This document shows, piece after piece, positions 1 through 9,554 of a stretch of 64,000 bases of DNA. Under the pieces are notes generated by a model. That model saw only the letters and a list, made by a program, of their open reading frames with translations. It was not told the DNA's origin and did no database searches. Origin of the DNA: Desulfosudaceae bacterium (GTDB taxonomy: Bacteria; Desulfobacterota; Desulfobacteria; Desulfobacterales; Desulfosudaceae); assembly GCA_963674745.2 (NCBI GenBank), contig CAXXDV010000003.1, forward strand, positions 1,696,001-1,760,000, in the 5' to 3' direction. The translations under genes were made by a program, and so were the position numbers. Position 1 is the stretch's first letter. Each line of letters starts with the position of its first letter.

Positions 1-65
1 TGGTTTGAAGGGAATGAATTGGACTGATTTATTGCGCTCAACCGATATAATGTAAAGGAGGTTGA

Positions 66-620
66 ATGAAAGTTAAAGGCACGACTATTCTTGACCTGGT
101 CCGCATACTGAGAGCCACCAAAGAAAAAGACTTCAACAAATATCTGGAACCCGCAGACTGGGACATCATCAACGATACGGTCATGGCCAGCCAGTGGTAT
201 AGGGGTGATAGTTACTGGCGAATCGCCTACGCAGTGGCTTGTGTGGTTGGGGAAAAAAAACTGGACAATTTATACAGCTTCGGACGATTGGCGGCAAAGT
301 CCCGCATCCAGATGTTTAAACGAATCGTTGTTCCGCATGATCCGGTTGCCAGCCTTGAAAAATATATCAGCTTTTGGGAAAATTACTATGATTTTGAAGG
401 CGCTGAATACAGAAAAGCCGAAATTGACAGCGGACAGGGACGCATTATTGTCAAGACTTATGATTATCCGGATATGACCATCCCTGAAATGAGAGCCATT
501 TATGCTTATGGGTTGGCCGGCGCTTTTCACGAAGTCATTGAGCAGTCTTTGAAAAAAAAAATTTTAGCCGATATAAACGATAACAACAACCATTTTGAAA
601 TGATTTACAAGTGGAAGTAA
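66..620 (+). CDS. Hypothetical protein, DUF2378/TIGR02265-like (V4R/H-NOX-like fold suspected)
   Basis: 184-aa ORF with AAGGAGG RBS; pattern KVKG..., WY, FGR, W..YY and terminal W resembles DUF2378 proteins. Confidence 0.5.
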   Translation: MKVKGTTILDLVRILRATKEKDFNKYLEPADWDIINDTVMASQWYRGDSYWRIAYAVACVVGEKKLDNLYSFGRLAAKSRIQMFKRIVVPHDPVASLEKYISFWENYYDFEGAEYRKAEIDSGQGRIIVKTYDYPDMTIPEMRAIYAYGLAGAFHEVIEQSLKKKILADINDNNNHFEMIYKWK

Positions 621-697
621 TTTCGGCGGTTAAAAAGCGCCTGATCATCCAATCGCCATATCGATAACACATACCAAATACGTCGTGAGGTCTTATT

Positions 698-1594
698 ATC
701 AGTCGTTTTGAAACTAATAACGATGTCGTAAAAGACAATCAGGCCGGCCTCATGTGGACAAAAAGCGCTTCTGTTTCGGAATTTCCTCTGACCTGGGACG
801 AGTCCCTTTCTTTTGTGCGGGCGCAGAATGATTCGCGACTGTATGGCTACAACGATTGGAAGCTGCCCAATCGAAGAGAACTGTACAGCCTCATCAGCCT
901 TGACGCAATCAACCCCAGTCTGCCGGCAAACCATCCTTTTACCGACATATTCAACGGTTACTACTGGACATCGACAAGCTGTGCCAGACTGCCTGACCAG
1001 GCCTGGTATATCCATCTGGGCGGCGCCAGGGTGTTCAAAGGAATGAAATACAATTCATATATGATCTGGCCGGTGCGTACGGCTGATACTGGGAATTCAA
1101 GCATTGTATCGACAGGACAAAAACAATGCTATGATGTAAAAGGAAACGTTATCAACTGCCTGAATACCGGGCAGGATGGAGAATATCAATCCGGTGAACA
1201 ACCACCAAACACCCGTTTCAGAAACACCGGTGATGTTGTAACGGACCTGGCCACCGGCCTGACCTGGTTCCAAAACGCGGATACCCGTTCCGGTATGTTG
1301 GACTGGCAAACCGCTTTTGATGCGGTGACGCGCCTGAACAGTGAATCTGCCTGCGGTTTTCATGACTGGCGACTGCCGCATATTTTCGAACTTGAAGGCC
1401 TGATTGATCTGGGCCGGCATTCACCTGCCCTGCCTGTGGATCATCCCTTCTCAAATGTTCAGAAATTTTACTGGTCTTCAACGACCAGTTGGTATGACCC
1501 TGATTACGCCTGGTCTCTTTATTTAAGGGACGGCATCATCGGCGTAGGCTATAAACGACTATCTGAATTTTATCTCTGGCCGGTCAGGGGATAA
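698..1594 (+). CDS. Tandem DUF1566 (Lcl C-terminal-like) domain protein
   Basis: Two repeats with D..TGL.W, DW(K/R)LP...EL..LI and YW(T/S)ST motifs. First ATG is at 752, but domain homology extends to about 698 (see finding). Confidence 0.8.
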   Translation: MSRFETNNDVVKDNQAGLMWTKSASVSEFPLTWDESLSFVRAQNDSRLYGYNDWKLPNRRELYSLISLDAINPSLPANHPFTDIFNGYYWTSTSCARLPDQAWYIHLGGARVFKGMKYNSYMIWPVRTADTGNSSIVSTGQKQCYDVKGNVINCLNTGQDGEYQSGEQPPNTRFRNTGDVVTDLATGLTWFQNADTRSGMLDWQTAFDAVTRLNSESACGFHDWRLPHIFELEGLIDLGRHSPALPVDHPFSNVQKFYWSSTTSWYDPDYAWSLYLRDGIIGVGYKRLSEFYLWPVRG

Positions 1595-1615
1595 TCTATT
1601 GCAGGAGGTAACGCC

Positions 1616-2965
1616 ATGGACGTTCTGATAATGGCCTTGTTCTGGGGATCTGTCAGCGCTGTTTCTCTCCCGCTGGGCGCGGTAATCGGGCTTTGGTCAA
1701 ACCCGCCCAGAAAAGTCACCTCTTCCTTGATGGCCTTTGGTGGCGGGGCGCTGTTATTCGCCCTGACCATCGAACTGTTTGCCCACGCCCTTCACCGGTC
1801 CCATGAAGTTAACGATACACTGATCATTCTGATGACAATGGTCGGGGCGGTCGCAGGCGGTCTGATTTTTGAATTTCTCAACCAGTTGCTTAACAACCGG
1901 GGGGCTTTTCTGCGCAAAACGTCATTGATAACCAAGCAGGTATTGAAAAAAAAGCGACGCCGTGCGGAAGAAATGATACAGGCCTTAAGCCGGGTCAAAA
2001 TCCTGCAAATGCTTCCGGCCGAAAAAGTCGCCCGGCTGATTCCATGTGTAAAAACCCTCCGTTTTAAACCGGACGAAACGGTTCTCAAACAGGGCACTTC
2101 AGCTTCCGATCTCTATTTTATTGTTAAAGGACAGGTTCAGGTCCTCCGGGAATCGGTTGCGGGTGACACTTTGATCGCGGAGCTCGGCGAAGGCGAAACA
2201 TTTGGAGAAATCGCGCTGATTTCCGACCAACCCAGGACGGCGACGATTAACGCAAAAACCGATCTGGTGGTGTTTGCCCTGGACAAAAAGGAATTTGAGC
2301 AGCTGATCAAACAATCACCTGATCTCAGAAACGCCAGTTGTCGTATGGTGACGGAACGGCTTCATGATATTCAGGAAAAAGACAAAAGCCTGGCAGGGAA
2401 AGCTGAAGAGTGGAAGGAAACCGCCCGGCGTAATTTTGATCAACTGGCCATCCCGGTCACGGAACGGGATCTTAACGAGGAGATTCAGGCGCATGCCGGC
2501 AGCGGCGCCGCGCTGGCTATCTGGCTGGGCATCGCCCTGGACGGCATCCCCGAGTCACTGGTAATCGGCATGCTGGCCGTGGCTGCCTATACGTCAGGAA
2601 CCGCCATGAGCCTGGCTTTTATCGCCGGCGTCTTTCTGGCCAACCTGCCCGAAGCCATGTCCAGCGCGGTGACGATGAAGCGACAGGGTTCCGGATTCGG
2701 GAAAATTTTCTGGATGTGGATGTCACTTTGTGTAATGACGGGTGTGGGGGCTGCTGTCGGGGCCCTGATCTTTCCGGCCCATCCGGTCGGCACGCTGAAA
2801 TATTTCATATGCGGTATCGAAGGACTGGCAGCAGGCGCCATGTTGACGATGATCGCAGAGACCATGCTGCCCGAGGCCTTTGAACAGGGAGGCGGCACGA
2901 TTGTCGGACTGTCCACGCTGGCCGGTTTTCTCACCGCAGTGGGGATCAAGGTTGCCAGTCTTTAA
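1616..2965 (+). CDS. ZIP-family metal transporter with inserted cyclic-nucleotide-binding domain
   Basis: N-terminal TMs (MAFGGGALL), central FGEIAL...PRTAT cNMP cassette, C-terminal ZIP motifs LDGIPES, ANLPEAMS, AAGAMLTMIAETMLPEAF; GGAGG RBS. Confidence 0.85.
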   Translation: MDVLIMALFWGSVSAVSLPLGAVIGLWSNPPRKVTSSLMAFGGGALLFALTIELFAHALHRSHEVNDTLIILMTMVGAVAGGLIFEFLNQLLNNRGAFLRKTSLITKQVLKKKRRRAEEMIQALSRVKILQMLPAEKVARLIPCVKTLRFKPDETVLKQGTSASDLYFIVKGQVQVLRESVAGDTLIAELGEGETFGEIALISDQPRTATINAKTDLVVFALDKKEFEQLIKQSPDLRNASCRMVTERLHDIQEKDKSLAGKAEEWKETARRNFDQLAIPVTERDLNEEIQAHAGSGAALAIWLGIALDGIPESLVIGMLAVAAYTSGTAMSLAFIAGVFLANLPEAMSSAVTMKRQGSGFGKIFWMWMSLCVMTGVGAAVGALIFPAHPVGTLKYFICGIEGLAAGAMLTMIAETMLPEAFEQGGGTIVGLSTLAGFLTAVGIKVASL

Positions 2966-3000
2966 AGGTGTAACGTATTAACGATGAAACGATTTAAAAC

Positions 3001-3783
3001 CTAAAAGGCTACACCGGTTTCAAAAAATAAGCCGCTGACGCTACTGTCTACATCAAGGTCGTCTTCATCCAGTCGAATATCGTCGTAACGATAACCGGCT
3101 GCGATAAACACCGTTTCATTTATCCGGAATTTAATTTTACTCAGCAGGCTGACCAGGTAATCACCTCCCAGGGTAACGCCTCTCCCCTCAATTTCCAGAG
3201 AAAATCTTTTAGCAGGCGTTATTTGAATCGCGCCATAAAGCATCGGAATAGGCAGGGTATAGTCCTCCGACTCCCGAATACGTTTTTCCCCATTATCCGT
3301 GTTAACCGAACCGGTAACCGCTACGTCAAGTTCGGCTGTCCTCAAATTCAGCCCCAAATCCACTTTGATCTTTTTCATATAAGCAAATTCATCAAAAATA
3401 AGGCTGTAATACAGTCCGATATCGAAATGGTTTAATTCTATCTTCGATTTCAAAGGACGATCTTCCAGGAAAGTATAACGACCGAAAGTAAAAGACCGAT
3501 CCATCGTGTTGTACCCTTTAAACTCCATAGGCGTAAAACCCAGGTAAAGGCTGGGCAATATCGGTAATTCCAATTTCAAATATCCAACTCCCCGGACATC
3601 ATCTTCAAAATCCAGGTCATCGGCAACATCCGCTTTATCAGAACCGTTGGTAAAAAGGTTATAAGAAAGATTCCCATCGATATTCTGACTCCAGGCGCCA
3701 ACGGCCAGTTCCAGCATGGCACGTGACGGCACCGGCAGAGACAGAACAACCGCCGTTATTACTATCACATAAAATTTTTTCAT
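3001..3783 (-). CDS. Outer-membrane beta-barrel protein, TIGR04219-like
   Basis: Signal peptide, alternating amphipathic strands, PIPMLY and GYRY motifs, C-terminal Phe. Confidence 0.75.
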   Translation of the reverse strand: MKKFYVIVITAVVLSLPVPSRAMLELAVGAWSQNIDGNLSYNLFTNGSDKADVADDLDFEDDVRGVGYLKLELPILPSLYLGFTPMEFKGYNTMDRSFTFGRYTFLEDRPLKSKIELNHFDIGLYYSLIFDEFAYMKKIKVDLGLNLRTAELDVAVTGSVNTDNGEKRIRESEDYTLPIPMLYGAIQITPAKRFSLEIEGRGVTLGGDYLVSLLSKIKFRINETVFIAAGYRYDDIRLDEDDLDVDSSVSGLFFETGVAF

Positions 3784-3875
3784 AATTCCCCCCTATGGTC
3801 TAATGCCTGTCTATCCATATCCGGGTTAAAAAAACATTTTCACACCTTGATTAAGCTGCACTAATAAAGCATCAC

Positions 3876-3891
3876 AGCAAATATGATGCCA
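3876..3891 (-). promoter_or_regulatory. Sigma54 (-24/-12) promoter for the beta-barrel gene
   Basis: Minus strand TGGCATCATATTTGCT = GG-N10-GC, about 90 bp upstream of the ATG. Confidence 0.7.
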
Positions 3892-4186
3892 TATCTCCTG
3901 CTTGACCTGAAATCCGGCAAAAAGGTTATGACGACATTTTTTTTCTTTTATTCAAGCAACTTAGGGGTAGGTAAAAAAAGGGGGGGGGCGAAAAGAATAA
4001 AAACATTAACCTCAAGGACGTTGAAAACTTTTACACAATAGAAAAAAGATTACCAACCTGTGCGCATGAATGCGTTACCAACAGGTTACGCCGAACGCTT
4101 TTCCAGCGCAATCGATCAGGGCATCGATTCGTTTTTATAACCGAAGCAGGCTACAGCCTGCGGGTATAGCCAGTATTTGGGACAAA

Positions 4187-5494
4187 TTAACTGCTGCCAA
4201 GCAGGCGTTTTGACAGTTGCCGGGAAAGGGACATTACGGTCAGTGACGGCGGCAGACCCCATGGTTCCGGGATGACACTCGCGTCGGACACATAAAGGTT
4301 TTTTACTCTTGTTTCAAGATGGTTATCCACAACATGACCGATCCGGCAGGTACCACCAGGATGTGCGGCGGCGACACCACTGTACCAGACGTCTTTTGCC
4401 CCGGCATTTTCAAGAACGTCTCTCGCAATCGCCCTGCCCCTGTTCAATTTGAAATGATCCTCAATGGTAAGCGGCTTGGCATTTATTTTCTCATCTATGC
4501 TGATATGACCGCCCATGGTATCCCTGACTTTAATGAGAAGCCCCAGCTTCCCCTTACTTCGCAGCAACTTATGCGGTTTAAATCCCATCAGCGCATAATT
4601 TACAAAAATTTCAAACGGAAGCGGCATATCTGTTACCATAACGCCTTCATCTTCCAGGTGCACGCCCGTTATCATGGGGAATTCTTTTGAAGTGCTCAAG
4701 CGTTTGTCCAGGTATCCGAAAGCGCACACAAAGGGATCGAAAAAAAACGATCCGCCGGCTTCATGAATACCGGACTTCTGAAGAATAACCGGAGAACCGA
4801 TCCCCCCTGCGGAAACCACAACCGCATCAGCGCTGATTTCGTATTGAACACCCTTTTTGTCAATCGCTTTTATGCCGGTGGCCTTACCATCTTCAACAAT
4901 AGCGCCTTCACAGGACATATTGGTCATCAGCTTAAGGCCAATTGATTCGGCTTCCTTAATCCAGTCCCGGGCATGCCATTTTGCATAGTGTGGACAGCCG
5001 AAATAGCATTTATTGCAATTGGTACGGCAGTTCTCTGCTCTTAAAAACTTGGGAATTTTTTTCCAATCATACCCGAGCTCCTGAGCCGACTTTGTCAAAA
5101 TTTTTGCTGCCGGTCCCAGCAGTTTGTCAGGGACATCAGTGACCGGCACCTCCTGTTTTATTTCATCGACTTCATTTGAAATATCAATTCCGTATTTTGC
5201 GAACATTTCCCGGGGCGGATCCCAGGCACATGCCAGAAACATCATCGATGTGCCGCCGGTCGTCAAGCACCTTACAATCTGAAGAAAATCCCGTGTAATA
5301 ATCATACCATTTCCCAGAAAATTCAGTCCGCCCTGAAACTTGAGGGCGCCGATAACATTTCCCGATGGCTTATTGTCTCCTCCTTTTTCAATTACAATGA
5401 CTTCTTTTCCGTTTTTAACCAGATCTTTTGCCACTGTAGCGCCGCCCGGCCCTGACCCCACAACGACAACATCAGCTTTGAGTTTCTTTCCCAT
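4187..5494 (-). CDS. GMC-family FAD oxidoreductase
   Basis: VVVVGSGPGG FAD motif, CNKCYFGC cluster, SAGGIGSP, HPGGTCRIG, V.DASVIP. Confidence 0.9.
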   Translation of the reverse strand: MGKKLKADVVVVGSGPGGATVAKDLVKNGKEVIVIEKGGDNKPSGNVIGALKFQGGLNFLGNGMIITRDFLQIVRCLTTGGTSMMFLACAWDPPREMFAKYGIDISNEVDEIKQEVPVTDVPDKLLGPAAKILTKSAQELGYDWKKIPKFLRAENCRTNCNKCYFGCPHYAKWHARDWIKEAESIGLKLMTNMSCEGAIVEDGKATGIKAIDKKGVQYEISADAVVVSAGGIGSPVILQKSGIHEAGGSFFFDPFVCAFGYLDKRLSTSKEFPMITGVHLEDEGVMVTDMPLPFEIFVNYALMGFKPHKLLRSKGKLGLLIKVRDTMGGHISIDEKINAKPLTIEDHFKLNRGRAIARDVLENAGAKDVWYSGVAAAHPGGTCRIGHVVDNHLETRVKNLYVSDASVIPEPWGLPPSLTVMSLSRQLSKRLLGSS

Positions 5495-5561
5495 AGGATC
5501 CCCCGTTTATTTTGTTTTGGACTTGTATATGTTGTGTGATCAAAAAAGAAGTATCCAGCGG

Positions 5562-5582
5562 TTAGTAACCAATGGTTACTAA
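5562..5582. promoter_or_regulatory. Palindromic operator 1 (probable TetR site)
   Basis: Perfect inverted repeat TTAGTAACCA-A-TGGTTACTAA, 20 bp from a minus-strand TTGACA (5603-5608). Confidence 0.8.
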
Positions 5583-5702
5583 GTAATATGTTTTTCGCGG
5601 TGTGTCAATCAAAATCTCAAATATTTTTGACTATTATGCGGCTGATCGAGCCCGTTCCTGTATCAGCCATATAAATAACTGTAGCCGATTTGCTAGATGA
5701 AA

Positions 5703-5758
5703 GGTTTTAGCGTTTTAGGGTTTTAAAGTTTTAAGGCTTAGGTGGTTAAGTGGTAATG
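5703..5758. repeat. Degenerate 8-bp tandem repeat
   Basis: GGTTTTAG CGTTTTAG GGTTTTAA AGTTTTAA GGCTTAGG TGGTTAAG TGGTAATG. Confidence 0.6.
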
Positions 5759-5850
5759 TTATTAACGGACTAATTGACATTTTTTGCTAAAAATGTTTTT
5801 TTACTGATGACCTCGCAATATAAAATTTTTGACATGAAGGAATATGCGAC

Positions 5851-6492
5851 TTGCCTGAAAAGAAAAAAAAAGACCCCCTCCAAAGAAAAAAAAGAATCAC
5901 TGAAGCCGCCAAATCGCTTTTTATCACAAAAGGTTACAAACAGACCACAATCGACCAGATAGCGAGAAATGCCGGTTACAGCAAGCGCACCGTCTATCTT
6001 GACTATCAGAACAAGGATGATCTTTTTATCAGTGTCGCGGCCGACGGCCTTGAAATTTTATATAACAAACTGAAAAAAATTCCTTCCGGCAAATTGTCCA
6101 TCAGTGAGTATATTGAAAAATATTCCGAAACCATCGCCAGATTCGCCTTTGAACACAATGAGTATTTTAAAATGTTCAGTGCCGAAGCGACCCCGGAGAT
6201 GATGGAAAACTGTTCTATTTCCACAAGAAGCCGGGCGGCAAAAATCGAAATCGACGGCTTCAGCCTGCTTGCCGCTGAAATTGATCGTGCGATTGCGGAA
6301 GGAATCGTTCAAATGACTGACCCCTGGGAGATGGCCGGTATTTTTATCGGGTCGGTGGTGGGTATCATATTACTCTCCATGGGCGGCAGTCAGATCATTT
6401 TTACGAAAAAAGCGCTGATTGCCAAAGTCAAAAAAGCCAGCCAGTTGAAATGCATCGGCCTGCTGTCTTTTACGGAAAAGGAAAAAACCTGA
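5851..6492 (+). CDS. TetR/AcrR-family transcriptional regulator
   Basis: ITEAAKSLF.TKGY..TTIDQIA..AGYSKRTVYLDY.NKDDL helix-turn-helix; TTG start. Confidence 0.9.
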   Translation: MPEKKKKDPLQRKKRITEAAKSLFITKGYKQTTIDQIARNAGYSKRTVYLDYQNKDDLFISVAADGLEILYNKLKKIPSGKLSISEYIEKYSETIARFAFEHNEYFKMFSAEATPEMMENCSISTRSRAAKIEIDGFSLLAAEIDRAIAEGIVQMTDPWEMAGIFIGSVVGIILLSMGGSQIIFTKKALIAKVKKASQLKCIGLLSFTEKEKT

Positions 6493-6503
6493 GAACCCGT
6501 ATG

Positions 6504-7295
6504 TCACCCTCCCTGGCCGGCGACCTGATTTTCCGCCAAAAGCGCGGCACCCACAGCGCCTGTCAGCTGAGGATCGATTTTCTCCATTTTTTTCAGCGGC
6601 ACCCCGAGTTCCGTCTCGATGGTTTTATATACACCGATATTTTTGGCAACCCCGCCGGTAAAGGTGATGTCCTGTTCTATTCCGATACTTCTGGCCAGGG
6701 CGACCACCCTCCGGGCCATTGATTTATGCAGCCCGCCAAGGATATCATTGATATTTCGGCCTTCATTTAAAATTGATATCACCTCGGTTTCCGCAAAGAT
6801 AACGCACTGACTGGATACGTTTACCGGATCCTCGGCTTTAAGCGACAACTCACCCATCTCTTCCAGCTCGACATTCAGTGCCTCCGCCATGACCTCCAGA
6901 AAACGTCCCGAACCACTGGCGCAAACATCGTTATATACATATTTCTTTATGCTTCCGTCATCGTTTACCTTGATGGCTTTGGCATCCTGCCCTCCGATAT
7001 CAATCACCATATTAACGGACGGTATAATCCATTTGGCTCCTTTGGCATGACAGGCGATTTCAGACTGCACATCATCCGCGAAAGGGATCTTATTTTTCCC
7101 ATACCCTGTGCCCACAGTCCGTTGGACATTGTTTCTGGAAAGCCCGGATTTCTGCAATGCCTTTTCAAACACTTCTTCGGCAATCTTTCCCGGGCCTATC
7201 CCGGTTCTCATGACTTCCGAGGCAAGAATGCGCCCATTTTCCATAATTACCGCTTTTGCTGTTAAAGAGCCGATGTCACAGCCACATACAATCAT
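6504..7295 (-). CDS. ASKHA ATPase activator subunit (HgdC/BzdP/Q-like)
   Basis: DIGS, TGYG, EIACHAKGA, DIGGQD, CASGSGRFLE, CVIFAETE, TGGVAKN. Confidence 0.9.
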   Translation of the reverse strand: MIVCGCDIGSLTAKAVIMENGRILASEVMRTGIGPGKIAEEVFEKALQKSGLSRNNVQRTVGTGYGKNKIPFADDVQSEIACHAKGAKWIIPSVNMVIDIGGQDAKAIKVNDDGSIKKYVYNDVCASGSGRFLEVMAEALNVELEEMGELSLKAEDPVNVSSQCVIFAETEVISILNEGRNINDILGGLHKSMARRVVALARSIGIEQDITFTGGVAKNIGVYKTIETELGVPLKKMEKIDPQLTGAVGAALLAENQVAGQGG

Positions 7296-7349
7296 TTTCC
7301 ACCTTTGTCTCTGGTTGATCTTTTCAAAACCATCGCCCGGAATAACCGT

Positions 7350-8123
7350 TTATAAACTTTCACGGGCAAAGATAGCGGCCCCCAGGGCGCCGACAATCTG
7401 GGGGTCCACTTTTATTTTCCGAATTCTGATCTTCAGGTTTTTTTCCAGATTTCTTAAAACCCCGTCATTTTTGGCCACGCCGCCTGTCATGCAAACTTCT
7501 TTTTCGACCCCTGCCCTGTTGGCAAGAATAGCGATTCTTCCGGCCATGGCTGAATTAATCGCGGCCACGATATCTTCTACCGGTACTTCCTCGTTGACAA
7601 GGTGAATCACCTCCTGTTGCACCCAGACCGTGCAGGTCGACGAAAAATGAAGCGTTTTACGGGAAGCCTCGGAAAGCGTACCGAAGTCATCCAGGGGCAC
7701 ATTCAACAGTTTACTCATCACTTCGAGAAATCGCCCTGTACCCGCGGCACATTTATCATTGGTCGCAAAATTCAGCAATTCGCCGTTTTCGTCCAGTTTG
7801 GCCACCTTGCAATCCTGACCGCCGATATCAATAACGGTTTTGACTTTCGGCACCAGCCATTGCGCCCCTTTGCCATGACACGCGATTTCCGATATCGATT
7901 CGTTGACAAAGGGGATTTTGTTTCTGCCGTATCCGGTCCCGACACAAAATTTTATGTCGTCAAGGGATATACCGGCTTTTTCTCCGGCCATATCCATGAC
8001 TTTAACGGCCGAATCCTGCGGATTATTCAACACACGCATGACGTGACTGCCGAGGATTTTCTTTTCATTGAGGATAACCGCTTTAGCGGTTAATGAACCG
8101 ATATCACATCCTGCAGTGATCAT
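7350..8123 (-). CDS. Second ASKHA ATPase activator subunit (HgdC/BzdP/Q-like)
   Basis: DIGS, TGYGR, DIGGQDCK, NDKCAAGTGRFLE, SSTCTVW. Confidence 0.9.
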   Translation of the reverse strand: MITAGCDIGSLTAKAVILNEKKILGSHVMRVLNNPQDSAVKVMDMAGEKAGISLDDIKFCVGTGYGRNKIPFVNESISEIACHGKGAQWLVPKVKTVIDIGGQDCKVAKLDENGELLNFATNDKCAAGTGRFLEVMSKLLNVPLDDFGTLSEASRKTLHFSSTCTVWVQQEVIHLVNEEVPVEDIVAAINSAMAGRIAILANRAGVEKEVCMTGGVAKNDGVLRNLEKNLKIRIRKIKVDPQIVGALGAAIFARESL

Positions 8124-8153
8124 AATATTGCCTTAACCTGCTACATTGTTGTT

Positions 8154-9554
8154 TTAAAGTATCCCCCGAAGGTGGAAAAATTCCAGCATCCGTTTTTCAC
8201 ACGTTTCCCATGAAGCCACTCTGTCGTCAAAGGCATCAGCTACTAGAATATAGGTGGGGCAGCCGGTTTTCTCCAGATCCGCCGCAAAAGGCTTAACAAC
8301 CGACCAGGTGTTTCGGCAACCGAATGTCCCGACATAGACCACGGCATCGGCTTTATAAAGTTTTGCCGCGGAAAGCGTGTCTTCAAGCCACTGTGTTTTT
8401 TTGTGATAAGGCCCGATAATCTGCTTGACCATGGGCATCCTGGCCAGTTGTCCGGCCAGGCTGTCAATGATGGTTTCTTCACTTTCCGTGTCCATTTTAT
8501 AGGTTTCTTCATCAAACCCCTTGTCATAAGGGCAACCTTCATTCCAGAAAAAGTCAAGGATACTGCCCAGATGGCTAATGTCATGCCGATTGAGAAAATT
8601 CCAGAATTTCAACCCCTGCGAATAATGGTCGATATAACACGGCAAAACCCGGGCGCGCTCTTTTCCGGAGAGCGTTCCGGCGATGCCATTTTTCATATTT
8701 TCCTTTGAGACACGAACGATTTCCTCAAGGATCGGCGTGGCTTCTTCAAAACCGCTGAATGCCAGCTTAACCGCGTACAAGGCGACATTGGCAAAACATG
8801 GTACCGGGTTGGGGACCTGCATGGCCAGCGTCATGATCTCATCTACCAGCGCATCCTGTTTCCGGATCTCCGCCATGACGGACCTTAGATAGTCCCAGTC
8901 CAGCTTCCGGCCGGTCTGCTCTTCCATGAATTCGAGCATATTCCGAAAGTCCCGGTGGTGATATTCCATGGCCCTTTTCCCGGTCAGTTCGGGGGGACAG
9001 TCGTGGGAATAGATGGGGACATCCTTATATGAAGCGTAAAACTGAAACGAATTGGCGTTGGAATCGCAGAACCCGGGGCTGTTGATTAATACAAAGTCCG
9101 GGGTTTCGCCCGCGCCGGCCAGATACGCGCCCATGGCACCTCTCTGGCCGGAACAGGAGGTCTCTGTCATGCCCAGCTCCGTACAATAATCATAAAACTC
9201 GAACACCCCTCTCTTCCAGAGAACGTTTCCAAAGGCGGTCATCAGTTCCATGTTCAGGGGGACACAGTCAAAGGCCCGTAAAACACCCGCCGGATAACAG
9301 AACGTCGTCAATACCAGTTTCTGGCCTCTTTCATGGGCAAGGGTGATATCTTCCATCCATTTCCCCAGCGCTTCAAATAAAAACGTTCCCGTATTACCCA
9401 TATTACCCACAATACCGAACGTGTCTTCCCAGTCAGGCAGCACCTTGAATATCGCTTTTAATTCTTTTTCCGACGCGCCCAGGGCTCTTTTAGAGGTTTT
9501 AAACAACCTTCTTAATGAATCATCATAACCATATTCAAGAAACTCGGCTCTCAT
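8154..9554 (-). CDS. 2-hydroxyacyl-CoA dehydratase / class I aryl-CoA reductase catalytic-type subunit (BzdO/BcrB-like)
   Basis: HGD-D-type Cys motifs ETSCS, FCDS, GCRN; LEEQTGRKLDWD-like segment; operon context. Confidence 0.8.
   Translation of the reverse strand: MRAEFLEYGYDDSLRRLFKTSKRALGASEKELKAIFKVLPDWEDTFGIVGNMGNTGTFLFEALGKWMEDITLAHERGQKLVLTTFCYPAGVLRAFDCVPLNMELMTAFGNVLWKRGVFEFYDYCTELGMTETSCSGQRGAMGAYLAGAGETPDFVLINSPGFCDSNANSFQFYASYKDVPIYSHDCPPELTGKRAMEYHHRDFRNMLEFMEEQTGRKLDWDYLRSVMAEIRKQDALVDEIMTLAMQVPNPVPCFANVALYAVKLAFSGFEEATPILEEIVRVSKENMKNGIAGTLSGKERARVLPCYIDHYSQGLKFWNFLNRHDISHLGSILDFFWNEGCPYDKGFDEETYKMDTESEETIIDSLAGQLARMPMVKQIIGPYHKKTQWLEDTLSAAKLYKADAVVYVGTFGCRNTWSVVKPFAADLEKTGCPTYILVADAFDDRVASWETCEKRMLEFFHLRGIL

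Noticed and set aside
686..688. Possible selenocysteine read-through at the TGA upstream of the DUF1566 gene
   Set aside because: An in-frame TAA at 665 with no start codon in between
752..1594. DUF1566 protein as a diversity-generating retroelement target
   Set aside because: No reverse transcriptase or adenine-variant template repeat seen in the window; the internal repeats are diverged protein domains
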